Assembly: GCA_963668675.2 (NCBI GenBank)
Contig: CAXXMB010000001.1
Location: 1,575,694-1,639,693 of the forward strand
Direction of reading: 5' to 3'
Source of the DNA: an uncultured Desulfatitalea sp.
GTDB taxonomy: Bacteria > Desulfobacterota > Desulfobacteria > Desulfobacterales > Desulfosarcinaceae
DNA length: 64,000 bases
This document shows positions 18,328 through 28,868 of this stretch, one piece after another. The notes beneath the pieces were generated by a model, which was given only the letters and a program-made list of their open reading frames with translations, ran no database searches and was not told the DNA's origin. The position numbers were made by a program, and so were the translations under genes. How positions within the stretch are numbered: position 1 is the first letter of the stretch; every line of letters begins with the position of its first letter.

Positions 18328-19758
18328 TTACGGCATAATTTTGATCGCTTTCAACCCCTCGTTACGACGCAGGATGAGCATATGAAGCGCCTCGTCGGAA
18401 TCCGCCTTTTTCATAACACCCGAATAGTCGTCCAGGCTATCCACCTTTTGACGGTTGATTCCCTTAATAATATCACCGACCCGAACGCCGGCTTTCTCGG
18501 CACGACTGCCGTTTTCCACATCTACGACCAGAACGCCGCTCTCGTCTTTATCAAGACCGAATTGCTGTGCTCTCTCGTTGGTCAGATCTGCCACCTGGAG
18601 TCCCAGCGCGTCACTGCGTTCGTCCTCTCTGGACACGAGGCTCTCTTTCTCTTCCCGCTTGGCAACCTTGGCCGTCAGGGTCTTCTTTTCACCGCCTCTC
18701 ATAAGGGTGATGCGGGTTTTGTCGCCCACCGGCGTGTTGGCGATGATCGACGAAAGCTCCCTGCCGGTGGAAACCGGCTGTCCGTTCAACGCGACGATGA
18801 TATCGTTCTTTTTAACACCGGCCTTATCGGCAGGATCACCCTCGAACACCTGGGTGACCAGGACCCCTTCGGCGTTATCGAGGCCCCAATACTCGGCCAG
18901 CTCGGGAGTGACATCCTGAATGCCGACGCCTAGCCATCCGCGGGTCACCTCCCCCTTCTCCTTGAGTTGGGCGACGATGGATTTGGCCATATCGATGGGA
19001 ATCGCAAAACCGATGCCTTGTCCGCTGGCCACAATGGCCGTGTTGATACCGATCACGTTCCCCTTCAGGTCCAATAAGGGGCCGCCGCTGTTTCCCGGAT
19101 TGATCGAGGCGTCGGTCTGGATGAAATCATCGTAGGGGCCGGCCCCAATGACACGCTTTTTAGCGCTGACGATGCCTTGGGTGACCGTTTGTTCCAAACC
19201 GAACGGGCTGCCGATGGCCACCACCCAGGAGCCCACCTTGATCTCTTTGGAATTGCCCAGGGTCAGCGGTTGCAGATCCTTGATCCCATCGATCTTGATC
19301 AAGGCCAGATCTGTCTTTGGATCACGTCCCACGACGTTGGCCTCGTACTCCTTCTCGTTGTAGAGGCGGACCTTGATCTGGTCTGCACCATCGATGACGT
19401 GGTTGTTGGTAACGATGTAGCCCTCTTTGTCGATGATGAAACCGGAGCCCAGGCTCTGCTGTTTATATTCGCGCTGGGGCTGATCTTTAAAGGGGCCGAA
19501 GAAATCCTCGAAAGGGTTTCGTTGTCCGTGGAACTTATCCCCAAAGAAGTGACGGAAGACACGCCCTCCGTCTTTCATGGTGCGCTCGGTGCGAATGTTC
19601 ACCACGCCCGGTCGGGCCAGCTCCGCCAACTCGGAAAAATTGGCCGGTACCATGACGACATCCTGGCTCTGCACACCGGCCACCACGGTGGTTAACGGTA
19701 CCAAAAGGCTGAAAATCAGCAGTACGATCAATCCCAAATATCCTGTTCTGTGCTTCAT
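18328..19758 (-). CDS. degP: DegP/DegQ (HtrA) periplasmic serine protease with 2 PDZ domains
   Basis: Signal peptide, TNNHV, TDLALI, INPGNSGGPL and two PDZ domains. Confidence 0.93.
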   Translation of the reverse strand: MKHRTGYLGLIVLLIFSLLVPLTTVVAGVQSQDVVMVPANFSELAELARPGVVNIRTERTMKDGGRVFRHFFGDKFHGQRNPFEDFFGPFKDQPQREYKQQSLGSGFIIDKEGYIVTNNHVIDGADQIKVRLYNEKEYEANVVGRDPKTDLALIKIDGIKDLQPLTLGNSKEIKVGSWVVAIGSPFGLEQTVTQGIVSAKKRVIGAGPYDDFIQTDASINPGNSGGPLLDLKGNVIGINTAIVASGQGIGFAIPIDMAKSIVAQLKEKGEVTRGWLGVGIQDVTPELAEYWGLDNAEGVLVTQVFEGDPADKAGVKKNDIIVALNGQPVSTGRELSSIIANTPVGDKTRITLMRGGEKKTLTAKVAKREEKESLVSREDERSDALGLQVADLTNERAQQFGLDKDESGVLVVDVENGSRAEKAGVRVGDIIKGINRQKVDSLDDYSGVMKKADSDEALHMLILRRNEGLKAIKIMP

Positions 19759-19776
19759 AAGATCCTCCTGATCTAT

Positions 19777-19847
19777 CTAACTATCAAATTGGCTAACTAT
19801 CAAACTGGCTAACTATCAAACTGGCTAACTATCAAACTGGCTAACTA
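19777..19847. repeat. 16-bp tandem repeat x4.4 (CTAACTATCAAACTGG)
   Basis: Units start at 19777, 19793, 19809 and 19825, with a partial unit at 19841; one mismatch in the first unit. Confidence 0.95.
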
Positions 19848-19963
19848 AAAAAGGCTATCTAACGAGACTGTTTTCAAACGTACTGCGACTATAATTCAGG
19901 GAGATGACCCAAATATGATCCAAAGATTACCATTTGATCATATTGAAAAATTGAGCAGGAAAA

Positions 19964-21379
19964 TCATCCGGAAGTCATCATCGGCAGGCGGACCCAAAAA
20001 ATGGTGTTACAATCCGGCGCACTCTCGAGGCTGATCGATCCCCCATGGGCGGTGACGATAGCGTGGGCAAGGCTCAACCCCAGCCCGGCACCGCCTAGTG
20101 TGCGGCTCTGATCGCCACGGAAAAATCGTTGAAAGATGAGGGGCTGGTCCTCTTCCGACACGCCGGGGCCGCTGTCTTCGACACGAATCACGCAGTTGCC
20201 CCCGTCGGGTTCCACACCGATCCGGACAATGCCGCCGAGGGGAGTATACTTGATGGCGTTGTCGATGAGATTGGCCATCAGCCGCTGCAGCATGGGCGGA
20301 TCCCCGAACACCGGACATTGTGCTTTGGCCGTACAGCTCAGATCGATCTTCTTGTCATCGGCCAACGGCTGAAACAGGTCGCAGGCATCCTTGGCAACCA
20401 AGGCCATATCCACCGACTGAAATGCGGCCGGGTCCATTCCCGCTTCGGTGCGGGAGATGGTGAGCATCGTGTTGATCATCTGCAGCAACCGGTCACACTC
20501 TTCGATGGTGCTGGCCGCCATCTGGGTGTAGTCATCCATGCTTTCGGCGCCGGTCAGCGTCACCTCGGCCAACCCGCGAATCCGTGTGATCGGGCTGCGC
20601 AGATCGTGAGCGATGTTGTCGTTCATCTGCCGCATGCTGACGACAAGCTGTTGAATGCGGTCGAGCATCTGATTGAACGTGAATGCCAGGCGGTCGATTT
20701 CGTTGTGCCGATATTGTACAGGCACCCGGCTCTCCAGATCGTTTTCGGAGATCTGTCGGGCCGTGCGTGTCACCATCGAGACACCTGACAAGGCCCGCCT
20801 GGCCATAAACCACCCCACGGCGACCGCAATGGCCAGCAAAACCGCCATGGTGATTGCGAAGGTGCGCTCGAAGGTGTTGACCAGGCGCTCTTCGCTCTCC
20901 AGGGAGTATCCCAACTGCAGCACGATGCTTCTGTCGATGCGTTTGTAGATGATCCGCGCAGCATACAGCTGCTGGGGCACCTTCTGCGTGGTGTAGCGAT
21001 AGGAGGCGCCTCCTTCGAGAATGGCGTCGACAGCATCTCGATCGATGCCGATATTGCGCCAATAGGTCATGTTGGAAGAAGAGAAGGAGACGCCGCTGGG
21101 ATAGAAGAGACGGAAGAACATCTTCTGCTCACCCGCCGCCTGAGCCTTCAAAACAGCTGCCCGGCGCATCATCTCCACCCCTTGAAGCAGATGGATCTGG
21201 GCGAGTCCGTTGGCCTGGAGGCGCAGATCGGTATCGGTTTTTTCCCGGACCACCTGAGTGATCAACAGATAAAAGAGGGAAAAGGCGATGGCCGAGGAGA
21301 GAACGAAGATGACCGCGTACCATACCGTCAGCCGGAAGGCCAACGACTGGCGCAGCCTATTTATCCTTGCGAAGGACAT
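19964..21379 (-). CDS. Sensor histidine kinase (HAMP-HisKA-HATPase, CusS-like)
   Basis: Two TM segments, HAMP, IAHDLRSP H box, NLIDNAIKY, DSGPG and GAGLGL. Confidence 0.92.
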   Translation of the reverse strand: MSFARINRLRQSLAFRLTVWYAVIFVLSSAIAFSLFYLLITQVVREKTDTDLRLQANGLAQIHLLQGVEMMRRAAVLKAQAAGEQKMFFRLFYPSGVSFSSSNMTYWRNIGIDRDAVDAILEGGASYRYTTQKVPQQLYAARIIYKRIDRSIVLQLGYSLESEERLVNTFERTFAITMAVLLAIAVAVGWFMARRALSGVSMVTRTARQISENDLESRVPVQYRHNEIDRLAFTFNQMLDRIQQLVVSMRQMNDNIAHDLRSPITRIRGLAEVTLTGAESMDDYTQMAASTIEECDRLLQMINTMLTISRTEAGMDPAAFQSVDMALVAKDACDLFQPLADDKKIDLSCTAKAQCPVFGDPPMLQRLMANLIDNAIKYTPLGGIVRIGVEPDGGNCVIRVEDSGPGVSEEDQPLIFQRFFRGDQSRTLGGAGLGLSLAHAIVTAHGGSISLESAPDCNTIFWVRLPMMTSG

Positions 21380-22034
21380 AGCCGACCCCGCGTACCGTGT
21401 GCAGCAGTTTGTACTGAAACCCTTTGTCGATTTTGTCCCTCAAGCGACAGATACGCGCTTCAACCACATTGGTCTGGGGGTCGAAGTTGTAGTGCCACAC
21501 ATGCTCCATGATCATGGTCTTGGAGACCACCTTACCCGCATTACGCATCAAATAGGCCAGCAGAGAGTACTCCAGAGGCTGCAGTTCGATATCCCGGCCG
21601 TCGCGTACCACCTCCCGAGTGACCAGATCGAGGCTGAGATCGTCGACCGTGAGTCGTGTCGATTCGATGGCGCCGCTGGCACGCCGCATCAATGCCTGAA
21701 CACGCGCCAGCAGTTCTGAAAAGGCAAAGGGTTTGGTCAGGTAGTCGTCGCTACCGATCGCAAGCCCCTTGACCCGATCGTCCACCGAATCCTTGGCGCT
21801 GAGAATGATCACAGGTGTCTTGATCTTTTCCCGCCGCAGTTGCTCGATCACAGAGAGGCCATCACGCTTGGGCAGCATCAGGTCCACGATGATCACGTCA
21901 TAGGGTTCCGACAGTCCCAGATCCAGCCCCTCCTCGCCGTCGGTGGCGTGATCGACAGCAAAACCGGCTGCCGAAAGCCCTTTCATGACGAACGAAGCGA
22001 TTTTGGCGTCATCTTCAATAAGAAGTAAACGCAT
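21357..22034 (-). CDS. OmpR-family response regulator (CusR-like)
   Basis: IEDD, DLMLP, DDYLTKPFAFSEL and wHTH ending TVRGVGY. Confidence 0.93.
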   Translation of the reverse strand: MRLLLIEDDAKIASFVMKGLSAAGFAVDHATDGEEGLDLGLSEPYDVIIVDLMLPKRDGLSVIEQLRREKIKTPVIILSAKDSVDDRVKGLAIGSDDYLTKPFAFSELLARVQALMRRASGAIESTRLTVDDLSLDLVTREVVRDGRDIELQPLEYSLLAYLMRNAGKVVSKTMIMEHVWHYNFDPQTNVVEARICRLRDKIDKGFQYKLLHTVRGVGYVLRKDK

Positions 22035-22232
22035 GCGACCCTCCTGATCCGTTTTTCATGTTCCAAGATAGCCTCTGGTATCTACGACCTCGAAAAGGTA
22101 TAACCAAAAAAGGAGACCAAAACAAGACGTCTGCGCCATCACGCTTGGTGCTTGACAAATCCGGCGACCCTTGAAAGAGAGTGTCGGTAATAGGCGAATC
22201 GGCCGTGCACCGCTCGAACGGGAGGAGAGAAG

Positions 22233-22631
22233 ATGACACTACAAGATCGAATCAAGAAAGATTTGGCAGCGGCCATGAAGGCCAAGGATGAGGATAAAAA
22301 AAACACCCTGCGGGTCATCATGGGGGAGTTCAGCCGCCAGGCCAGCAAAGAGCTGCCGGACGCGGAGGTGATCGGTATCATTAAGAAGCTGATCAAATCG
22401 GAAAAAGAGGTGATCGCCCAGAGCGGTTCCAACGAGGACAATCGCTTTATCGCGGTGGCCGAGGCCTATCTGCCCAAGATGGCGGACGAAGATGACATCT
22501 CCGCCTGGATTGCGTCCAACGTCGATTTTTCCCAATTCAAAAACAAAATGCAGGCGATGAAACCGATCATGGCCCACTTCGGGGCTGCCGCCGATGGCAA
22601 CCTGGTGAAGAAGATCCTGCAGAGTATGTAG
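22233..22631 (+). CDS. GatB/YqeY domain protein
   Basis: MTLQDRIKKDL.AAMKAKD, YLP and ADG..V motifs; GGAG RBS. Confidence 0.88.
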   Translation: MTLQDRIKKDLAAAMKAKDEDKKNTLRVIMGEFSRQASKELPDAEVIGIIKKLIKSEKEVIAQSGSNEDNRFIAVAEAYLPKMADEDDISAWIASNVDFSQFKNKMQAMKPIMAHFGAAADGNLVKKILQSM

Positions 22632-22672
22632 CATTACAGGCGGGTGCCTGAAGTGCTGACGTCGATCGGCCG

Positions 22673-23917
22673 TCAGGCAATCAACCCCACAACGGCGCCG
22701 GTCATACAAGTGGCCAATGTACCTGCGGCAATGGAGCGCAGCCCCAATGAGACGATCTCGCCGCGCCGTTCCGGCGCCATGGTTCCCAACCCACCAATCA
22801 TGATACCCAGTGATCCGGGATTGGCAAAACCACACATGGCATAGGTCATGATCAGTTTACTGCGCCCGCTCAGGGCATCTTCGGGAAGTCGGCTCAAGTC
22901 CAGGTAGGCCACGAATTCATTCAGAATCGTCTTGGTTGCCAGCAGAGACCCTGCCGTGGCGCTCTCCGACCACGGAATGCCGATGAGCCACACCAGAGGC
23001 GCAGTAATCAGGCCGAAGAGTCGCTGCAGGGTGATCTCCCGGCCGTGCCAATCGGGCAGCAGGACAAGCAGGATATTGACCAGATGGACCAGCGCGACCA
23101 GCACCACCAGCATGGCCACGATATTGATCAACAGCTGCACCCCCTGTAGCGTTCCCCGGGTGATGGCGTCCATACTGTTGTGGGCCTCTTCCGGAGTGGC
23201 CGGACGGCCTCCGGTGAGGTGGCCGGACTCGGGTATCATGATTTTGGCGATGGTGACGGCCGCCGGCACACTGATGATCGATGCCGTTAGGATGTGCCCC
23301 ATGACATCCGGAATGACGCTGCCCAGGATCGAGGCATAGAGCACCATCACCGTTCCGGCAATAGTGGCCATGCCGGCGGTCATCAACGCAAACAGTTCGC
23401 TGCGGGTCATCTGGGCAAGATAGGGTCGAATGAAGAGCGGCGCCTCCACCATACCGACGAAGAGGTTGCCGGCCACCCCAAGGCCCTCGGCCCCTCCGAT
23501 CCCCAGCGTCCTGGCGAGGCACCAGGCAAATCCCCGGACCAGAAGGGGAAGAATCCGCCAATAGAAAAGCAGCGCCGAAAGGGCACTGATCACCAGAACC
23601 AACGGCAGGGCACGGAACGCCAGAACAAACAGATTAGCCGGTTCGACAGCCTCGAAGGGGAGCGGACCGCCCCCCAGGTATCCGAAAACCATACCGGTAC
23701 CTGCTGCAGTGGCACTCTCCAGGGCCAGCACCATGTGGTTGAGCGCCAGGAACAGCTTTTGAAAAAGAGGCACTCTGAGCAGAACCAGGCCGATAGCGAG
23801 CTGAAGGCAGAGCCCGGTAACGATCAACCGAAGCGGCGGCTTTCGCCGCCTTTCACTCATTGCCCAGGCAATGGCCAGCATCGCCAGCAAACCGATAAGG
23901 CACTGAAGCCGCACCAT
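22673..23917 (-). CDS. Concentrative nucleoside transporter (NupC/CNT family)
   Basis: NLFVGMVEAPL, GMATIAG, NEFVAY and CGFAN. Confidence 0.92.
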   Translation of the reverse strand: MVRLQCLIGLLAMLAIAWAMSERRRKPPLRLIVTGLCLQLAIGLVLLRVPLFQKLFLALNHMVLALESATAAGTGMVFGYLGGGPLPFEAVEPANLFVLAFRALPLVLVISALSALLFYWRILPLLVRGFAWCLARTLGIGGAEGLGVAGNLFVGMVEAPLFIRPYLAQMTRSELFALMTAGMATIAGTVMVLYASILGSVIPDVMGHILTASIISVPAAVTIAKIMIPESGHLTGGRPATPEEAHNSMDAITRGTLQGVQLLINIVAMLVVLVALVHLVNILLVLLPDWHGREITLQRLFGLITAPLVWLIGIPWSESATAGSLLATKTILNEFVAYLDLSRLPEDALSGRSKLIMTYAMCGFANPGSLGIMIGGLGTMAPERRGEIVSLGLRSIAAGTLATCMTGAVVGLIA

Positions 23918-23968
23918 GCGCTATCTCCTGGTCTCTTTAGGACGGATGGTTGATATGGCCATTCAACA

Positions 23969-24241
23969 TTAGGGATTGGACGAATCGGCGGTGCTCTCCT
24001 CGATCAAGCTCAGCGCCAGGCGATGGTCATAGGCAGCCCTGGGATCGAAGGGGCCGCCGTCATACATCTCCTGGGCCTTCAAAATGGCCTCGTAAGGCAC
24101 CCAGCCGTGTTCATCCCACATCTGTGCATCGTCCTGGTTCCATAGGCGAAACTCAACGCCGCCCCCCCCTTTGCGCACATACATACGCACACGCTTGTTG
24201 CTGGGAAAAGGGTAGTAGTACAAGCCGCGATCATCTTTCAT
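23969..24241 (-). CDS. Conserved hypothetical protein
   Basis: Compact protein-like ORF (MKDDRGLYYYP...WDEHGWVPY) in a co-oriented cluster. Confidence 0.7.
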   Translation of the reverse strand: MKDDRGLYYYPFPSNKRVRMYVRKGGGGVEFRLWNQDDAQMWDEHGWVPYEAILKAQEMYDGGPFDPRAAYDHRLALSLIEESTADSSNP

Positions 24242-24298
24242 AGCTGTCAGCGTCCTCTATCTGATTGATTTAACAACGTTTCATCCTGTTTTTAGCGT

Positions 24299-24613
24299 CT
24301 ATTTCACCTGTTCTGCGATCCATTGAAGAAAGGCAGGGTTGCCGTCCTGGATCGGAAGGCTGACGATACAGGGGCAGTCGTAGCTGTGCTGCTTCCGGAT
24401 GGCCTCTATCAACTCACCAGCACGCGCGTCGGTGGTCTTGGCGATGAGAACGGTCTCCTGGTCATCCTGAAGCGTATCCTCCCAGTAATACATGGAATTC
24501 ATATTGTCGAAAATATTCACACAGGCCGCCAGACGCGACTGCACCACATGACGGCCAATGGCCCTGGCCTCCTCCCTGTCCTTGGTGGTCACATAGATCA
24601 GGCACTGCCCCAT
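24299..24613 (-). CDS. cutA: Divalent-cation tolerance protein CutA
   Basis: LAACVNI, SMYYWE and HSYDCPCI. Confidence 0.93.
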   Translation of the reverse strand: MGQCLIYVTTKDREEARAIGRHVVQSRLAACVNIFDNMNSMYYWEDTLQDDQETVLIAKTTDARAGELIEAIRKQHSYDCPCIVSLPIQDGNPAFLQWIAEQVK

Positions 24614-24675
24614 CGTCTCACCTCCACTTTAAGGATTAAGACCAATGATCAGGTTTCGCAATTCCTGCATAAAGA

Positions 24676-24854
24676 GGCGAGTCCAGTGGATGGCCTGCAA
24701 CTGGTCAGCATTGCGTGTTAGTGCCGTTTAGGTGCAGTGGAGGATCAGCGGCCCGGACTGTCTGAGCGCAGCGAGTTTCCGGGACGCCCGGAACTGCAAC
24801 TTAACGGCACTTGCACGCGTTTGCGTCAGGTGCAGGCCATCCACTGGACTCGCC
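24676..24854. repeat. ~180-bp long-hairpin element family B, copy 2
   Basis: Homolog of 7384-7565 with compensatory substitutions in the paired arms. Confidence 0.85.
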
Positions 24855-24909
24855 GTATCACTATCAAAAAGGCTGATTTTCAAAGATACATTTCCCCGCT
24901 CACCCAACA

Positions 24910-25275
24910 CTACTTCAACAACCCTTCTTCAAGCAGATAAGACATACTCTGCTGCCCGATGCGGTTGACCTGCGTCAGCCCCTGGGTGAAATGATACTCC
25001 GCCTCGTCCACCACGCCGGAATCGATCATGATCCGGGCATTGTTCAAGCACTTGTCCACTGCCTGCCAAACGGGGTCTCCCGAAGCCTGGCGGGCCAATT
25101 GGGCCTCATTGGCCATCATGGCCACGAACGCCTGTAGAACAGATACGGCCCCCTTTTTATCCTGCTCCGGCATATTCTGTATGATGTGAACACATTGGGA
25201 GCCCCATATCAAACCGCTCTTGACCTTTTCACTCTGGGAAAAGGAGATGATCGCCTGCCTAGCATCCATACACAC
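24910..25275 (-). CDS. Hypothetical protein
   Basis: 121-aa helical ORF with AGGCAGG upstream; start may be the second Met (25269). Confidence 0.65.
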   Translation of the reverse strand: MCMDARQAIISFSQSEKVKSGLIWGSQCVHIIQNMPEQDKKGAVSVLQAFVAMMANEAQLARQASGDPVWQAVDKCLNNARIMIDSGVVDEAEYHFTQGLTQVNRIGQQSMSYLLEEGLLK

Positions 25276-25521
25276 CTGCCTTATTCAATGATCAATGTTT
25301 CAGCGTGAATCTTATCGAAAAAACTAAATGACATAAATGGATTGCCAAGTAAAGCACCGGTTCGGTGAAGCCACCAGACCAAAGGATTAAATTTTCCTTT
25401 CCTTTCCTCGCCTTTCATGGCAGATTGGAGGGCGCTTTTTCGCCTGTCGCCGATGCCGGCATGTGTATTTGCGGCCACAATTCGCAAACGGACAGTTCAA
25501 CGCATCACAGAAAACTTTTTT

Positions 25522-27564
25522 ATGGGCAAAGACGCCGCCGCACACGAAGCAACTCCTTGGGAGCGTTTGCAAAAGCTGCTACGTAAAGGACCGGCCGCGA
25601 CCGATATCGACGGAACGTCGCCGGATACCCTCCTTGAAATCCTTGAAGAGAACGACCGTCTGTTCACCTCCATGGTGGATGCCTTCGACGGCATGATCTA
25701 TATCTGCTCGGCCGACTACCGGATCGAATTTCTCAATGACCGCATGATCGATCACCTGGGGCGCGATGCCACCGGCGACTTCTGCTACAAGGCCTTCGGG
25801 CGCCGTACGGTCTGTCCGTGGTGCATCAACCATCGCATCATCAGGGGAGAGACCGTGCGCTGGGAGGTGATCAGCCCGATCGACCAGCGCTGGTATTTGG
25901 TGGTCAATGCGCCGATACATCATATCGGCGGCACTGTCTCCAAATATGCGATGATGATGGAGATTCATGATCGTAAAGAGAATGAGGAAGAGCTCAAGAA
26001 GCACCGCGACCATCTGGAGGACTTGATCAAGGCACGTACGGCGGAACTGACCTTCGCCAACACCCAGTTTCGCCTGGAGATCGAAGAGCGCAAGCAGATC
26101 GAAAAGACCTTGCGAGAGAGCCAGGAGCGCTACCGCAGTCTGTTTGACGGCTCCAAAGACGGCATCATCATCAGCGACGCCAATGGCCGTATCCTGGATG
26201 CCAACGCCGCCACCGCTCAACTGACCGGCTACGCCAAACCCGACCTGATCCATAAACTGGTTTACGATCTGGATGATACCATCGACCTGTCGGCCTACCA
26301 GGAGTACTTTAACCGCATCCAATCGGGTGAAGCATTCAACAGTGAAATCAGCATTCAGCACAAGCAGGGCCAAACCATCCACGCCGAATTCAGCAGCAAG
26401 AAGATAACCTTCGCCGGCATTCCCTGCATCCACACCACGGCAAGGGATATCACCTCGCGCCGAGAGGCTGAGGAGGCGCTGCGCCAGAGCGAAGCCAACT
26501 TCCGCGAGTTGGTCCAGAACGCCAACAGCCTCATCATCCGTTTCGACACCCAGGGCAGGATCAAATTCTTCAACGAATATGCCCAGACGTTCTTTGGTTA
26601 CGACGAAAGCGAAATCCTGGGGCGCACGCTGATCGACACCATATTGCCGACCGTCGCCAGTAACGGCCGCCCCATTAAGGAAGAGATCCAGGATTTCATG
26701 CGCAACCCGGAGCAGTACAAAACCAATGAGCTTGAAAACGTGCGTCGCAACGGCGAACGAGCCTGGATCACCTGGACCAATCGGCCGATCCTCAACGGTA
26801 AGGGAGAGGTCATCGAATTTCTATGGGTCGGTGTGGATGTGACCGAATTGAAGCAGACGCGTCGGCAGATCCACACCCTCACTCACGAATTGATCAAAGC
26901 CCAGGAGAACGAGCGTTATCGTATCTCCCGCGATTTGCACGACCATATCGCCCAGGATTTGTCATCCCTGAAGATTCGTCTGCAAACCCTGTTTGACGGC
27001 AGCCGATCGGGTCACGACGAATCCCGCCAGCAGGTGGAAGAGATCGTCCCCATACTGCAGCGATCCATCTCCGATGTGCGCAACCTGGCCTACGATCTTC
27101 GGCCGCCCGGCCTTGACCAACTTGGTCTGGTGCGCACCCTTTTTCTCTACTGTGAAGACTTTGCCCAGAACAACAACCTCAAAATCGACTTCATCGCCGC
27201 CGGTCTGGATGATCTCAACCTGGACGAAGACATTCAGATCAACCTCTACCGCTTGATCCAGGAGGCGCTCTATAATGTCAAGAAACATGCCGAAGCCGAA
27301 GGGGTGACCATTCGACTGGTGGCATCGTCCCCCAACCTGATGCTGCGCATCATCGACGACGGTAAAGGTTTCGACGCCAAGCGTTGGCGGGCCAAATCCT
27401 TTAAGGAGAAACGGATGGGCCTGCAGAGCATGGTCGAACGGGTCAACCTGCTCAACGGCACCATCGATATTCGATCGCGGCCTGGAAAAGGAACCGGTAT
27501 CTTCATCACTATCCCCATCAAGGAGCAGTATTTTGAAAGAGAAACGGCAGGTACTGATTGTTGA
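25522..27564 (+). CDS. Cytoplasmic multi-PAS sensor histidine kinase (HisKA_3, NarX/UhpB type)
   Basis: Three PAS domains (the first with a CY..CPWC motif), ERYRISRDLHD H box, DDGKGF and MGL.SM.ER; start uncertain. Confidence 0.88.
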   Translation: MGKDAAAHEATPWERLQKLLRKGPAATDIDGTSPDTLLEILEENDRLFTSMVDAFDGMIYICSADYRIEFLNDRMIDHLGRDATGDFCYKAFGRRTVCPWCINHRIIRGETVRWEVISPIDQRWYLVVNAPIHHIGGTVSKYAMMMEIHDRKENEEELKKHRDHLEDLIKARTAELTFANTQFRLEIEERKQIEKTLRESQERYRSLFDGSKDGIIISDANGRILDANAATAQLTGYAKPDLIHKLVYDLDDTIDLSAYQEYFNRIQSGEAFNSEISIQHKQGQTIHAEFSSKKITFAGIPCIHTTARDITSRREAEEALRQSEANFRELVQNANSLIIRFDTQGRIKFFNEYAQTFFGYDESEILGRTLIDTILPTVASNGRPIKEEIQDFMRNPEQYKTNELENVRRNGERAWITWTNRPILNGKGEVIEFLWVGVDVTELKQTRRQIHTLTHELIKAQENERYRISRDLHDHIAQDLSSLKIRLQTLFDGSRSGHDESRQQVEEIVPILQRSISDVRNLAYDLRPPGLDQLGLVRTLFLYCEDFAQNNNLKIDFIAAGLDDLNLDEDIQINLYRLIQEALYNVKKHAEAEGVTIRLVASSPNLMLRIIDDGKGFDAKRWRAKSFKEKRMGLQSMVERVNLLNGTIDIRSRPGKGTGIFITIPIKEQYFERETAGTDC

Positions 27565-28210
27565 CGATCACCCTCTTTTCCGTGAGGGTATCAAAACCAT
27601 TATTTCCCAAAACGGCAGATTCGAAGTGGTCGATGAAGCCGGCACCGGGCGGGAGGGTTTTGAAAAGGCCAGCCAGCTGAAACCCGACGTGGTCCTGCTG
27701 GACATCTCCCTGCCCGATGAAACCGGTATGGAGGTGGCCCGCAAGATCCGTCACCACCTGCCCCATACGCGCATCATGATTTTGAGCATGCACTCCAAGA
27801 TCGACTACATCGTGGAAGCCTTTCAATCGGGCGCCACCGGATACGTGGTCAAGGAGTCCGCCGCCGAGCGGCTGGCCGAGGCACTGGATGCGGTTGCATC
27901 GGGAGAGTATTTTCTCGACAGCTCCATCTCCCATGAAGTGATCGCCAAACTGATGAACTCCCCTGTCAAAGAGGCCAAAGTGAGTGATGCGGGTTACGGA
28001 AAACTGACTGCCCGGGAACAGGAGATCATGCGCATGCTGGCCGAAGGCGCCTCCAAAGGAGACATCGCCGAGCAGCTGTGCATCAGCATCAAAACAGTCG
28101 AGAACCACAGGGCCAACATCATGCGCAAACTCGACATTCATAGCGCCATGGAACTCGTGCGCTATGCCGCCCGGTTGGGCCTGATCGATGTGGATTTGTG
28201 GAAGGAGTAG
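27533..28210 (+). CDS. NarL/LuxR-family response regulator (TTG start)
   Basis: VDDHPLFREG, DISLP and LTARE..KTVENHRANIMRKL. Confidence 0.93.
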   Translation: MKEKRQVLIVDDHPLFREGIKTIISQNGRFEVVDEAGTGREGFEKASQLKPDVVLLDISLPDETGMEVARKIRHHLPHTRIMILSMHSKIDYIVEAFQSGATGYVVKESAAERLAEALDAVASGEYFLDSSISHEVIAKLMNSPVKEAKVSDAGYGKLTAREQEIMRMLAEGASKGDIAEQLCISIKTVENHRANIMRKLDIHSAMELVRYAARLGLIDVDLWKE

Positions 28211-28451
28211 CTTCGATTTCGGCGCCGCGACCCTCATTTTGCAGCGCAGATAGCCGCTAACGACCTCAGATTGCTTGACATCCATAGCGGGATATTTTCC
28301 CGTACTCCCCCATCCTACCCATAAAAATGATATTGAGGCCTCATGGACAGAGGCATCTTCCATCTTATATAGTTGTACACAGTTATATGGGAATCATTTC
28401 TTTTCATTGTGGATTTAGACAGTTACCACCATCACCAGAAAGGAGTGCACC

Positions 28452-28652
28452 ATGATTTCTTCTCCGTGCAAAGACTGTCCAAAAAAGAATTTTCCCAAGG
28501 ACGAATGCCTGAAAACCTGCGAGATGCTTCAGAACATTCAGGGCATGCAACTGGCTCGTAGAGAAAGCAATGTCTACACAGCCGTGGATTTTTCAGAGGA
28601 GAGCCGCTTCCAGATTGCATCGCCATTTGCCACGGCCTTGAACGTTTGCTGA
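28452..28652 (+). CDS. Small Cys-rich hypothetical protein
   Basis: AAGGAG RBS; SPCKDC...CLKTC pattern. Confidence 0.65.
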   Translation: MISSPCKDCPKKNFPKDECLKTCEMLQNIQGMQLARRESNVYTAVDFSEESRFQIASPFATALNVC

Positions 28653-28868
28653 TAGATTATAATCGATCAACCACTATTATTTCATCAGGGCTGTTTCGAC
28701 AAATTTAGGAAGTGTACCATAGAGACTCGGGAGGATTCCCTAAACGATTGGGATTTTCTCCCGGATTGTTCGTTGCGCCGCCGAGTTGCTGCTTAGGCGG
28801 GCACAGGGAAGGATACTCATTTTGGTTTGTCCGGACGAAAGACTGATCAAGAGAGATTGGATCTTTGG

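Noticed and set aside
19777..19847. CRISPR array
   Set aside because: The 16-bp units are contiguous with no spacers, and no cas genes are present.
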